Positions 1 through 8,391 of a stretch of 64,000 bases of DNA are shown here, in pieces (within the stretch, counting starts at the first letter, position 1; each line of letters opens with the position of its first letter). Below the pieces are notes generated by a model. The model was not told the DNA's origin and searched no databases. It saw only the letters and a list, made by a program, of their open reading frames with translations. Source of the DNA: Candidatus Saelkia tenebricola (GTDB lineage Bacteria; Omnitrophota; Gorgyraeia; Kaelpiales; Kaelpiaceae); assembly GCA_030765145.1 (NCBI GenBank), contig JAVCDA010000002.1:16320-80319 (forward strand), in the 5' to 3' direction. Both the position numbers and the translations under genes were made by a program.

Positions 1-320
1 ATTTCAAATATCGGGATATTATAGTTTTTGATTATTTCTTTGATAACCGGAATTTGTTTTTTTAAAGTATCAGGTGTAGGTTTTCTTGTAGCTTTGTAAT
101 CTTTAAATAGTTCTTTCCTGAATGTAGGAGCCTTATGGTCAAGAGTAACAGCGAGATAGTCGGGGTTTCTTTCCTGGATAAGCTTTTTTAACATATTGAT
201 AAAACCATAAATAGCATTAGTTGGAAATCCCTTAGAATTGGTTAATCGTGGTAAGGCATAATAAGCTCTATAGATATAATTACTACCGTCGATTAGATAA
301 AGCGTTTTTTGAGAATCCAT
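1..320 (-). CDS. polA: DNA polymerase I, N-terminal 5'-3' exonuclease domain (partial; C-terminal portion lies beyond window start)
   Basis: Own translation of minus strand from ATG at 320-318: MDSQKTLYLIDGSNYIYRAYYALPRLTNSKGFPTNAIYGFINMLKKLIQERNPDYLAVTLDHKAPTFRKELFKDYKATRKPTPDTLKKQIPVIKE. This matches the conserved PolI/FEN 5'-nuclease start (LIDGS..YRA.YAL...T..G.PTNA.YGF, PDYLAV.FD, YKA.R...PD.L..Q). Confidence 0.75.
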   Translation of the reverse strand, partial: MDSQKTLYLIDGSNYIYRAYYALPRLTNSKGFPTNAIYGFINMLKKLIQERNPDYLAVTLDHKAPTFRKELFKDYKATRKPTPDTLKKQIPVIKEIIKNYNIPIFE

Positions 321-349
321 CTATATGTTTTAAGGATTAATTTGAGAGG

Positions 350-1141
350 TTATTCATCTCTGGGAATTAATTCAAGTATTTTCTCAAATTCTTGTTTCGC
401 CTTTACATTTTCATTAGAGTTTAAGAAGTCGGTGCCGTTTTTGACGTGTATGTTGATTTTCTGAATTTTATATTCAGAATTAGATTTGCTATACATTTCC
501 TGATATTTTAAATTATCAGGTGCTAAGTGAATTGCCTGTTTCAACTCATTATATGCATTTTCAAAAAGTTTCTTTTTGAAATAGAAAACACCTTTCTGAT
601 AATGTTTGGCAGCCAAAATTTTGTTGGATTCTTTATCTTCTTTAAGTTTTCCGGCAATCTCCTGGGCAAGAACCTTAGCTTCTATCTCTTTTGCCATCTC
701 AGGCGCGTATTTCCAAATTTTCTCCCATGCTCTTTTTGTCCAGGAATCATTTGTTTTACCGAGTTCTGCTCTTTTTGCGAAATGCACAAGAGCTTTTTCT
801 ATTTCATTCATTCGCTCATATAAAAGCCCCAGGTTCATATGTGCTTCAGCAAAATCAGGATTTATTTGAATAGCTGCAATATATTCGTTCAGTGCTTTAT
901 CAAGATAGCCTTTTATTTCGAATACTATTCCGGCGTCATTATGAGGTATAGCATAGAACGGATCCAAGGCCGAAGATTTTTTATAGTACACTAAGGCCAT
1001 TTCAATATCACCTGCGGTTTGAGCTTCATACCCCTTACTTCTATATACCCTTGCTTCGTTGAAGAAATCCTCATTTGTTGCCCAAGCAAGTGAATAAAAC
1101 ATTAACATCACAAATACGATTATTTTCATTTTATCATTCAT
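350..1141 (-). CDS. TPR-repeat protein with N-terminal signal peptide
   Basis: Signal-like N-terminus (MKIIVFVMLMFYSLAWA). Repeated TPR-type motifs (AxxxYxxAL/ALxxDPxxAxAHxNLG) occur throughout. The start overlaps the upstream stop (ATGAATGA). Confidence 0.65.
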   Translation of the reverse strand: MNDKMKIIVFVMLMFYSLAWATNEDFFNEARVYRSKGYEAQTAGDIEMALVYYKKSSALDPFYAIPHNDAGIVFEIKGYLDKALNEYIAAIQINPDFAEAHMNLGLLYERMNEIEKALVHFAKRAELGKTNDSWTKRAWEKIWKYAPEMAKEIEAKVLAQEIAGKLKEDKESNKILAAKHYQKGVFYFKKKLFENAYNELKQAIHLAPDNLKYQEMYSKSNSEYKIQKINIHVKNGTDFLNSNENVKAKQEFEKILELIPRDE

Positions 1142-1601
1142 TGTTTATCGGCTCGTATAATTGAATTCTCTGCTGTGCTCTCCAGACCCAAGGATCATCT
1201 TTTTTATTTGAATATTTTACTCTTAATTTATAATAATGAACTGCTTTCTCAGCATTATCCATTTTCTCATATAATCGAGCTAAGTTAAAGTAAGAAGAAA
1301 GAAATTTTTCATCAACATCAATTGCTTTTTTATAAGTATCCTCCGCTTTAGAATACATTTCTTTTACCTCATATATAATGCCTAAATCATTATATATTTT
1401 TGCGTTGTAAGGATCAAGGTAAGTTGCTTTTTTATAATAACTTATAGCTTTACTCCAGTCTTTCTTATCCTGGGCAAACCTTCCCTCTTTTTGATAATTA
1501 AGGGCTTCTTCTTTTATAAAGATTTCTGTTTTAAACGATTTGCAGCTTGATAGCAGCAGGCACAGAAACAATAAGGAATAAAACTTAAGAGATTTCATCA
1601 T
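1134..1601 (-). CDS. TPR-repeat lipoprotein (start set at internal MM; ORF track extends to 1721)
   Basis: MMKSLKFYSLLFLCLLLSSCKSF is a lipoprotein signal with lipobox LLSSC; TPR motifs follow (YYKKATYLDPYNAKIYNDLGIIY, FNLARLYEKMDNAEKAVHYY). The track's longer N-terminal extension overlaps the upstream gene and lacks signal-peptide character. Confidence 0.6.
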   Translation of the reverse strand: MMKSLKFYSLLFLCLLLSSCKSFKTEIFIKEEALNYQKEGRFAQDKKDWSKAISYYKKATYLDPYNAKIYNDLGIIYEVKEMYSKAEDTYKKAIDVDEKFLSSYFNLARLYEKMDNAEKAVHYYKLRVKYSNKKDDPWVWRAQQRIQLYEPINNE

Positions 1602-1635
1602 ACACTTGTTTAGCAGTAGATTAGCATTTAATAAT

Positions 1636-2226
1636 TTATCTGTAAAGATAAAATTCATCAATAAAAATTCTTCCAGTTTTTTTTGTAACTGTTTTCTCAT
1701 CAAATATAATTGAAAATTCATATACTTCGCTGAAGTCTTCTGCTTTATTCATTGCTTCAAACGGAACAACAATTTTCCTCCATTTTGAAGTAATACCTTC
1801 AACTAAAAAACTTGCTATTTTTCCGTGAATATTTTTCATCTCAACGGTCAAAGTCTCAGTATAACCTATGCCCTCGTCTCCTTTTGCATAGAAAGAAAGA
1901 TATTCCCAATTTCTTAAATCCATTCTTTCAAGTCTCATCCAGAATCCGTTATAAGCAGGAGAATTTGGGGAATCAACGTCATAGTCTAAAGTAAGGCTGC
2001 AGCCTCGGCCGTTATAAGCTATTCTGGGATCACTTGTGATACTTTCATTACAGAACTGAGACCTGTCCCATTCAATCCTGTTCCATGTTCCGTAATCACC
2101 GCTGATTAAGTTAGGTTTTTCTCCTCTGTCAAAATCTGCGATTTTTAATTCCTCAGCATTTAACAAGGAGAAGTTCAGGATTAGCAAGGATAGCAGTAAA
2201 ATAGTAGGTTTTCTCATATAAACCAT
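1636..2226 (-). CDS. secreted hypothetical protein, beta-sandwich/CBM-like by composition
   Basis: Signal peptide MRKPTILLLSLLILNFSLLNA. The mature part is rich in W/Y/G/D (DYGTWNRIEWDRSQFC...NGRGCSLTLDYDV), as in carbohydrate-binding beta-sandwich modules. No family was confidently recognised. Confidence 0.45.
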   Translation of the reverse strand: MVYMRKPTILLLSLLILNFSLLNAEELKIADFDRGEKPNLISGDYGTWNRIEWDRSQFCNESITSDPRIAYNGRGCSLTLDYDVDSPNSPAYNGFWMRLERMDLRNWEYLSFYAKGDEGIGYTETLTVEMKNIHGKIASFLVEGITSKWRKIVVPFEAMNKAEDFSEVYEFSIIFDEKTVTKKTGRIFIDEFYLYR

Positions 2227-3896
2227 CCAAATTTAAAGTATACTGTATCTATATTGTCATTTACGTTGATATAGTCTGTATAACGGTATCCAACTCTTAA
2301 ATCTATCAATCCGGGTTTCCTGAGCATTAATTCGCCTCGTGTAGTTATATTGTCGAACTCGCTAAAACCAAGTCCGTTTCCGTAATCTAAGCCGAATGTG
2401 AATTTTAAATCCCTGATTATTTCATATTCCAGTTCATTTTCCCATGTCCAAGAAGATGCGGATATTGTCTGAGCGGATACAGTAGAAGGAGATTTAATTC
2501 TGGTATAATCAACATAAGTCCAGTCTGTTTTATACATCATTTTTCCATTAATCCCCTTTTCTACCTTTAAGCCTGTTTTTTTTGTCCACCAGGTATCCTG
2601 GCTGGGAGAGTGCTGTTGTTTCTCCCAGTAAAAGTGGGGTTTGATTCTTAAATATTTGCGCTGGTTATAAAAATCTAATTCTAATGTATAGTTTCTTTCA
2701 TATGCTCTTCGCTCACTCCACCCTTCCTCTTCTGCCCGCTTATATTCTCCATTCCAATATTGATAGTCGAATTTGATTCCGAATGTTTGATCTAATAAAG
2801 CACTGTATGGTGCTGTTTCAAATCCAACTAGATAAGAATTGCAAGGAATGTAGCCTGCCTCATCGGTTACTTTATTACTTATATTTACCGTATCTCCGTA
2901 GCGTAGTTTTAGTTTTAAGTAGCCCAGTTTTTTTATTCTTGGGATTGTGTATTCTAATTGATAGTATTTTTCGTCGTAATTATCGAAATAAACGTCATTT
3001 GAACTCCACAATGTTTTAGCCGGATATTTTCTTTTTACTTTTTCTTGATGGTTAATAAAAGTAAATTTGGGTAGATTTTCCTTAATATGAAGAATAATTT
3101 CTTCTCGATAATACTCTTGCTTATTAATTGATAAGTAATTTCGTACTTCATCATTTCGCCGCTGGTTGAATTCCTGTGCTTCCAGCATCAAAGTCTCTAT
3201 CCCCACACGTTCTTCATCATATTTATACTCACCTCTTACCCCAATCCAGGGGTGTATTTTTAAGCCCTCCCTGTCTTTAAAGTAAGGAATCCTGAAATCC
3301 CTGTGTTTTATATGATAGGGGTCTAATATCGTATTAACCGTTGCACCTTTTTTCTCTGCTGAATGCGCATCTATTGCATCTATCTGCTGAAATTCAGCAA
3401 TGATTGCCCCTTGTTTTTTAACTGTAAAATGAGGTGTTGCCTGTTCTTCTTCAATAGATTGTGTATGTTTAGGAAATTGCTTTACCGTTACGACAGGTGT
3501 TAAAACTTGCTTTTGCTGTTTGGTAACTTCTGGAATTAAATTTTGCACCCTTTTTTCTTTAATAACAGGAATGGTTGCGGTTTCTTTTTCCATAAGGACT
3601 ATTTTTATGGGGGGGTGTTTTGTTGTTTTTGTTTTTTCAACATTGGCTAAGACAATTTTGCGTAACTCGGGATTAAAAGGATAAATCTCACTTGCCTTTA
3701 GGTAATAATTTTTGGCAAGCTGAGGATTTTTCAGGGCTACTTCTTTTCCTTTAGCGATTAGAGTATAAGATAATTTTACTTTCCATGCGGGGTATTCTTT
3801 TTCAGATGCCGATAATGATTTAGGAAAGAGAAAAAAATAGCAGATGAACAAAATAGAAAAATATACTTTTAATCCGGTTATTTTTTTGAAAACCAT
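2214..3896 (-). CDS. hypothetical outer-membrane beta-barrel-like protein
   Basis: Signal peptide, then an N-terminal TPR-like segment and a P/T/Q/K-rich linker. The C-terminal ~350 aa are rich in alternating aromatic/polar residues and end YFKFGWFI, an OMP-like C-terminal aromatic signature. Confidence 0.45.
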   Translation of the reverse strand: MVFKKITGLKVYFSILFICYFFLFPKSLSASEKEYPAWKVKLSYTLIAKGKEVALKNPQLAKNYYLKASEIYPFNPELRKIVLANVEKTKTTKHPPIKIVLMEKETATIPVIKEKRVQNLIPEVTKQQKQVLTPVVTVKQFPKHTQSIEEEQATPHFTVKKQGAIIAEFQQIDAIDAHSAEKKGATVNTILDPYHIKHRDFRIPYFKDREGLKIHPWIGVRGEYKYDEERVGIETLMLEAQEFNQRRNDEVRNYLSINKQEYYREEIILHIKENLPKFTFINHQEKVKRKYPAKTLWSSNDVYFDNYDEKYYQLEYTIPRIKKLGYLKLKLRYGDTVNISNKVTDEAGYIPCNSYLVGFETAPYSALLDQTFGIKFDYQYWNGEYKRAEEEGWSERRAYERNYTLELDFYNQRKYLRIKPHFYWEKQQHSPSQDTWWTKKTGLKVEKGINGKMMYKTDWTYVDYTRIKSPSTVSAQTISASSWTWENELEYEIIRDLKFTFGLDYGNGLGFSEFDNITTRGELMLRKPGLIDLRVGYRYTDYINVNDNIDTVYFKFGWFI

Positions 3897-3941
3897 AATA
3901 TATCCGCTATTTTCCTAATTTAGATATACTATAGCAATAAT

Positions 3942-5102
3942 TTACTTTTTTTTCAACTCTAAATTGGGTATTTTCAGTTTTACTTCTTCTAATATTACTT
4001 TAAGAGGGATTTTAAATTTAAGTGCTAAGAGCTTACAATCTTCGTATTCCGGTTTGATTTTAGAAACCCCTTTAATGTTTGAAATTTTAATTCTTACTTT
4101 ACCGTATTTTATATTGATGTATTTCATTTCCTGAAACAGTTTCCTCCTGTTTATTTTTTGATATCTTATTCCGTTTGTGGTTGTTTCTTTAAAGATTGCA
4201 TCCAGCAAACATTCCAAATTATTTTTATCCGAGAGAACTTTAACCGTAAAACCAATTCTGTTTTTTTTGCCGTAATGAGAATGTATGTAAACATCTAAAG
4301 CACCTGATTTAAAGAGTTTCTCCTGCAAGTAAGATAAGACTTCAGGTGTCTCATCATCTACTGCTGTCTCAATAAGGTATATTTCTTCATCCCTTAAATT
4401 CAAATCTACATCCGCTAATATTAGTCTTAACAGGTTGGGTCCGACTTTAAGTTGTTTATTTCCAGTAGCATAAGATGTTTTAATAGCTGTGAATTCTGAC
4501 ATCAAATGCCGGGGATTAGACAATGTTTTGATGATGCTCGCTCCGGTAGGAGTAATAATCTCTTCGTCAATATCTATATATCGTAATTTAAACCCCTTAA
4601 GTATCTCCAGTGTTGCCGGTGCAAAAGAGGGGTATTTCCTGCCCTTTTTGTAAAATCGAGGTATGTTTATAGAGGTTATGAAACAATTCTTAACTCCTAA
4701 ATCATCAATCATAAGTCCTGCTCCTACTGCGTCAATTAGAGTATCAACTGATGCAATCTCATCACTGTGGAGATGATGTGTATTGTGAATCTTTTTTTCA
4801 ACTTCAATAAGATTCTCTACTATTTTTAGTGCAATTGTCTCTGCTGTTTCGCTTAATTTTGATTTACGAATTATTTCTACAATTTCCACCAACTCTAAAT
4901 GCTTCAAGTTCTCATCGAAGATTATTAACTTGTTGACTTTGAAATGTCCGGAATGTATTTTTTTTATTTTTATCCTGGTTTTGTATTTAAATTTAGCAAG
5001 CAAATCATTTATTTTATCAACTTTACACCCTAAACCTATTGATGCGGCTAAAAACATATCTCCGCTTATTCCTGGTTGTGTATCGATAATTAAAGATTTC
5101 AT
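3942..5102 (-). CDS. larC: nickel-pincer cofactor biosynthesis protein LarC (DUF111 family)
   Basis: N-terminus MKSLIIDTQPGISGDMFLAASIGLG matches the LarC/DUF111 hallmark (ID...GISGDM.LGAL.DLG). Length is ~390 aa and it is adjacent to larB with a 4-nt overlap. Confidence 0.8.
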   Translation of the reverse strand: MKSLIIDTQPGISGDMFLAASIGLGCKVDKINDLLAKFKYKTRIKIKKIHSGHFKVNKLIIFDENLKHLELVEIVEIIRKSKLSETAETIALKIVENLIEVEKKIHNTHHLHSDEIASVDTLIDAVGAGLMIDDLGVKNCFITSINIPRFYKKGRKYPSFAPATLEILKGFKLRYIDIDEEIITPTGASIIKTLSNPRHLMSEFTAIKTSYATGNKQLKVGPNLLRLILADVDLNLRDEEIYLIETAVDDETPEVLSYLQEKLFKSGALDVYIHSHYGKKNRIGFTVKVLSDKNNLECLLDAIFKETTTNGIRYQKINRRKLFQEMKYINIKYGKVRIKISNIKGVSKIKPEYEDCKLLALKFKIPLKVILEEVKLKIPNLELKKK

Positions 5103-5839
5103 AGTTTATTTATGAGATATGCCATTGTCGCTGCGCCTATGCCGTTATCAATATTTACAACAGCTGATCCTAAGCTACATGAGTTGAGCATTGTTAAAAG
5201 AGCAGAGAACCCTCCCAAATTAGTACCGTATCCTATGCTTGTAGGCACAGCTATTAGGGGTTTTGATACCATGCTTGCTATTATTCCCGGCAAAGCTCCT
5301 TCCATTCCGGCTGCTACTATTATACATTTTGACTCCTCAATTTGCTCTATTTTATCCATTATTCTATGTAATCCTGCTATTCCAAGATCATAAAATCTAT
5401 TAACATGAGCTCCTAAAAGTTCCAGAGTGAAAGCTGCTTCTTCCCCAACCTTAATATCGGAACTCCCAGCAGTTATAACAGCAATAAGTCCGGATTTATT
5501 TTTGGGAGGAATATCCAAATAACCAATTGAAGCAGTTTTATTATATTTAAGTTTTGGAAATGTTATTTTCAACTTTTTATAGATAGTATATTCCAAGCGG
5601 CTCATTATGAGTGGTGAAATAGATTTAGTATTTTTTAAAACTTCCTTTAGAGTCTTAATATTTTTATCTTTTGCATAGATTATTTCAGGAAAACCTCGCC
5701 TTAGATATCGCTGAGTATCAAAAGTTAGATTTTTCTTTTCAACAAAGGGATACCACTTAAGGGTCTTTAAAGCATCACTTAAGGATAATGTACCCTGTTT
5801 ATATTGATTAAGAATTTCCTCAAGGTTTGAAGTGGTCAT
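5099..5839 (-). CDS. larB: nickel-pincer cofactor biosynthesis protein LarB (PurE-like carboxylase/hydrolase)
   Basis: The C-terminal half carries a PurE-fold motif (IIVAAGMEGALPGIIASMVSKPLIAVPTSIGYG...GGFSALLTMLNSC). Length is ~246 aa and it is coupled to larC. Confidence 0.75.
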   Translation of the reverse strand: MTTSNLEEILNQYKQGTLSLSDALKTLKWYPFVEKKNLTFDTQRYLRRGFPEIIYAKDKNIKTLKEVLKNTKSISPLIMSRLEYTIYKKLKITFPKLKYNKTASIGYLDIPPKNKSGLIAVITAGSSDIKVGEEAAFTLELLGAHVNRFYDLGIAGLHRIMDKIEQIEESKCIIVAAGMEGALPGIIASMVSKPLIAVPTSIGYGTNLGGFSALLTMLNSCSLGSAVVNIDNGIGAATMAYLINKL

Positions 5840-5847
5840 CTATGTGT

Positions 5848-6195
5848 TTAGTATTTGAGTATGTAATAAAGAAGCATGAAAATTAAACAAAAACTCATAA
5901 TGTAAAAATCATTGAATTTAATGAATTCTAAAAGTTTATCCCTAAAACATAATTTTTCTTTTAGGTATTCTATTTCTTCCTGAGAAGGTAGGTTTCGATA
6001 CTCAACGATTTTATCTCGAATGTGTGGCATATTAGCTTGTTCTTTATATTTTTCCAACTCCTGCTGCGAAAAACGAATAAATTTACCCGCAATTTTATAA
6101 TGGGGTATTTTATGTTTTTGAATAAAATCTTCAAATTCCTGGGTATTAATATCCAAAAATAGAGCTGCTTCATTAGAAGTTAGAAGTTTATCCAT
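5848..6195 (-). CDS. excisionase-family helix-turn-helix protein with C-terminal transmembrane helix
   Basis: N-terminal HTH (LLTSNEAALFLDINTQEFEDFIQKHKIPHYKIAGKFIRFSQQELEKY) followed by a hydrophobic C-terminal helix (FYIMSFCLIFMLLYYIL). Confidence 0.5.
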   Translation of the reverse strand: MDKLLTSNEAALFLDINTQEFEDFIQKHKIPHYKIAGKFIRFSQQELEKYKEQANMPHIRDKIVEYRNLPSQEEIEYLKEKLCFRDKLLEFIKFNDFYIMSFCLIFMLLYYILKY

Positions 6196-6204
6196 CGCTA
6201 TTAC

Positions 6205-6714
6205 TTAAGATACTTTTTCTTTAGAAAGCCAGTTTTCAACTTCTTTGGGGTCAAAAAGATACCGCGAGCCTTCTCTGATTACAGGAACTTTATTTTCTTG
6301 AGACCAGTCTAAGAGTGTCGATTCTTCTATTTGTAAGTAAGTAGCCATTTCTCTAAGAGTGAGATATTTTGATTTTGTTTCTGCATTCATGGTGCATAAT
6401 CCATTCAGAAGTGCACCTTCCTCAACAACCAAAAGAGGAGATCTTATTTCTCCTGTAACATTTGCAGGAGAAATAAGTCTGAGTCGTCTTTGGGCGGAAA
6501 TGTTTCCTTCAATTTTTCCTGCGACAGTAATATCTTCACCCATAATTTCCGCTTTTACGCTTGCATTTTGGCCTATAAAAAGTGTTCCTTTGGTATTTAA
6601 TTTACCTTGAAAAGTACCGTTGATAGTTAGATTGACAGAATCTTTAAAGGTAAGCTCTCCCTGCATGTCTGCATTGACTTCCAGTATCTTTTCTTCAACT
6701 TTTCTTTTTGCCAT
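6205..6714 (-). CDS. bactofilin-family (DUF583) polymer-forming protein fused to C-terminal excisionase-type HTH domain
   Basis: Beta-helical bactofilin repeats (TINGTFQGKLNTKGTLFIGQNASVKAEIMGEDITVAGKIEGNISA...VTGEI...VVEEGALLNGLCTM). The C-terminal ~55 aa (KYLTLREMATYLQIEESTLLDWSQENKVPVIREGSRYLFDPKEVENWL) are an excisionase/MerR-like HTH. Confidence 0.7.
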   Translation of the reverse strand: MAKRKVEEKILEVNADMQGELTFKDSVNLTINGTFQGKLNTKGTLFIGQNASVKAEIMGEDITVAGKIEGNISAQRRLRLISPANVTGEIRSPLLVVEEGALLNGLCTMNAETKSKYLTLREMATYLQIEESTLLDWSQENKVPVIREGSRYLFDPKEVENWLSKEKVS

Positions 6715-6736
6715 TATTCTGCCTCCTTTTAATAAA

Positions 6737-7408
6737 TTATGTTTGCGAATAAATCCAACGTGTGAATTTTATACCGTTTATGCGAGCAATATCTTCTGAT
6801 ATATTGGGCATGTGTTTATCCAACAAGCGTAGTTTTAATTCAATAATATATGTGATGTGTTCTTTATCTTTAAGTGAAACTTCAAAATCTTTTATTTCTA
6901 CATTGTATTCAGATAAAATGCTGCGTATTTTCTCAAGGAGGTGAATTTCACCGGTTGTTTCCACCTGCAATGTTTTGTATAAAGATTTACGTAATAATTT
7001 CTTTTCTATCCCCGCAAGCAGAAATAAAACAATGAGTATAATAATTGTGGTAAAAATTGCTGGTAGATATAAACCAACTCCTATTGCAAGTCCAATTCCG
7101 GCAACCGCCCACAAAGAAGCTGCGGTAGTCAATCCCCGTATTGAAGCTCTGAATCTGATAATTGTTCCGGCACCTAAAAACCCTATTCCGCTTACTACTT
7201 GAGCTGCTATTCGTGACGGATCTGCAGAATTTCCGTATACGGAATACATATAAACAGAAGTCAACATTATAAGACAAGATCCGATACCTACAAGGATATG
7301 GGTTCTGAATCCAGCTGCTCTACCATGAGTTTCTCTTTCCAATCCAATCAGTCCAGACAGAACAGACACCAATACTAATTTATATAAAATGACTACGTTT
7401 TCTCCCAT
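6737..7408 (-). CDS. MgtC/SapB family membrane protein
   Basis: LIGLERETHGRAAGFRTHILVGIGSCL matches the MgtC signature. Four to five TM helices precede a C-terminal ACT-like soluble domain. Confidence 0.8.
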   Translation of the reverse strand: MGENVVILYKLVLVSVLSGLIGLERETHGRAAGFRTHILVGIGSCLIMLTSVYMYSVYGNSADPSRIAAQVVSGIGFLGAGTIIRFRASIRGLTTAASLWAVAGIGLAIGVGLYLPAIFTTIIILIVLFLLAGIEKKLLRKSLYKTLQVETTGEIHLLEKIRSILSEYNVEIKDFEVSLKDKEHITYIIELKLRLLDKHMPNISEDIARINGIKFTRWIYSQT

Positions 7409-8391
7409 TTCTCCTCAAAAGTTGAATAAGGTTCAAAATTAATTTTGGTTCCCAACTTTTTATTATACAACTCATAGCCTAATCCTGCAACCATTCCTGC
7501 ATTGTCAGAACAGTATTTCATCTCAGGAAGGTATATGTTGAGACCTGAATCAGATAGTTTTCTCCTCAGGTTTTTGTTGGCAATAACACCTCCTCCGACA
7601 ATCATTCTATTGATACCATAATCTAAAACGGTTTTTTTAACCTGCTTAAGTAATGTTGTCAGTGCAGCCTCCTGAAATGCATAGCAGATTTCATCTGTTT
7701 TAGTTTTATCTAAAATCTCAAGTTTTCTTGTGTAATACAACACAGCTGTTTTTAATCCACTGTAACTAAAATCATAACCGCTTTTTACTGAAGGTGCCGT
7801 AAAATGCAATTCTTTATTTTTTGCTGAATTTGCTTTTCTTTCGATTACAGGTCCTCCGGGAAATCCCAGATTTAAAATCTTAGCAACTTTATCGTATGCT
7901 TCACCTAAGGCATCGTCTCTTGTTTTGCCTATTACTTTAAAGTCAGTAAAACTATTTAGTAAAAATAAGCTTGTATGCCCCCCGGAAACGACAAGTCCTA
8001 AAGATGGAAATTCTATGTTATTGTTCGAAAGGCATGCTGCATAAAGGTGGCTTAATATGTGGTCAACAGCAATAATAGGTTTTTTGAGTGCAAAGCTAAG
8101 TGATTTTGCAAATATTATTCCTATCATTAAAGAGCCAATTAAACCCGGTCCTTGGGTAACAGAGATTAAATCAATTTCAGAAAGAGATGTTTGAGATGTC
8201 TTAATTGCTTCTTCTAAAACAGGTAGGATTACTTCTACGTGATGCCTTGTTGCTATTTCAGGAACTATTCCCCCATATTGTTTATGGATGTCGAGACTCG
8301 AGGCGATTACATTAGCTAAAACTGTTTTACCGTTTTCTACTACTGCAACGGATGTTTCATCACAAGAGGTTTCTATTCCTAAAACTTTCAT
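7393..8391 (-). CDS. tsaD: tRNA N6-adenosine threonylcarbamoyltransferase TsaD (Kae1/Gcp family)
   Basis: MKVLGIETSCDETSVAVV start and a conserved HH motif; the ASKHA fold is seen throughout. Confidence 0.9.
   Translation of the reverse strand: MKVLGIETSCDETSVAVVENGKTVLANVIASSLDIHKQYGGIVPEIATRHHVEVILPVLEEAIKTSQTSLSEIDLISVTQGPGLIGSLMIGIIFAKSLSFALKKPIIAVDHILSHLYAACLSNNNIEFPSLGLVVSGGHTSLFLLNSFTDFKVIGKTRDDALGEAYDKVAKILNLGFPGGPVIERKANSAKNKELHFTAPSVKSGYDFSYSGLKTAVLYYTRKLEILDKTKTDEICYAFQEAALTTLLKQVKKTVLDYGINRMIVGGGVIANKNLRRKLSDSGLNIYLPEMKYCSDNAGMVAGLGYELYNKKLGTKINFEPYSTFEEKWEKT

Noticed and set aside
527-873. Plus-strand ORFs of 60-98 aa nested antisense inside the TPR gene. The same pattern recurs elsewhere, for example 9912..10484 (190 aa) inside the S41 protease, 35009..35693 inside wzt and 59557..59754 inside ilvN.
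   Set aside because: They lie opposite genes whose translations have clear family motifs. They are low-complexity (F/L/S/I-rich), as expected from antisense reading of AT-rich coding sequence, and have no signal or homology features. Treated as spurious.
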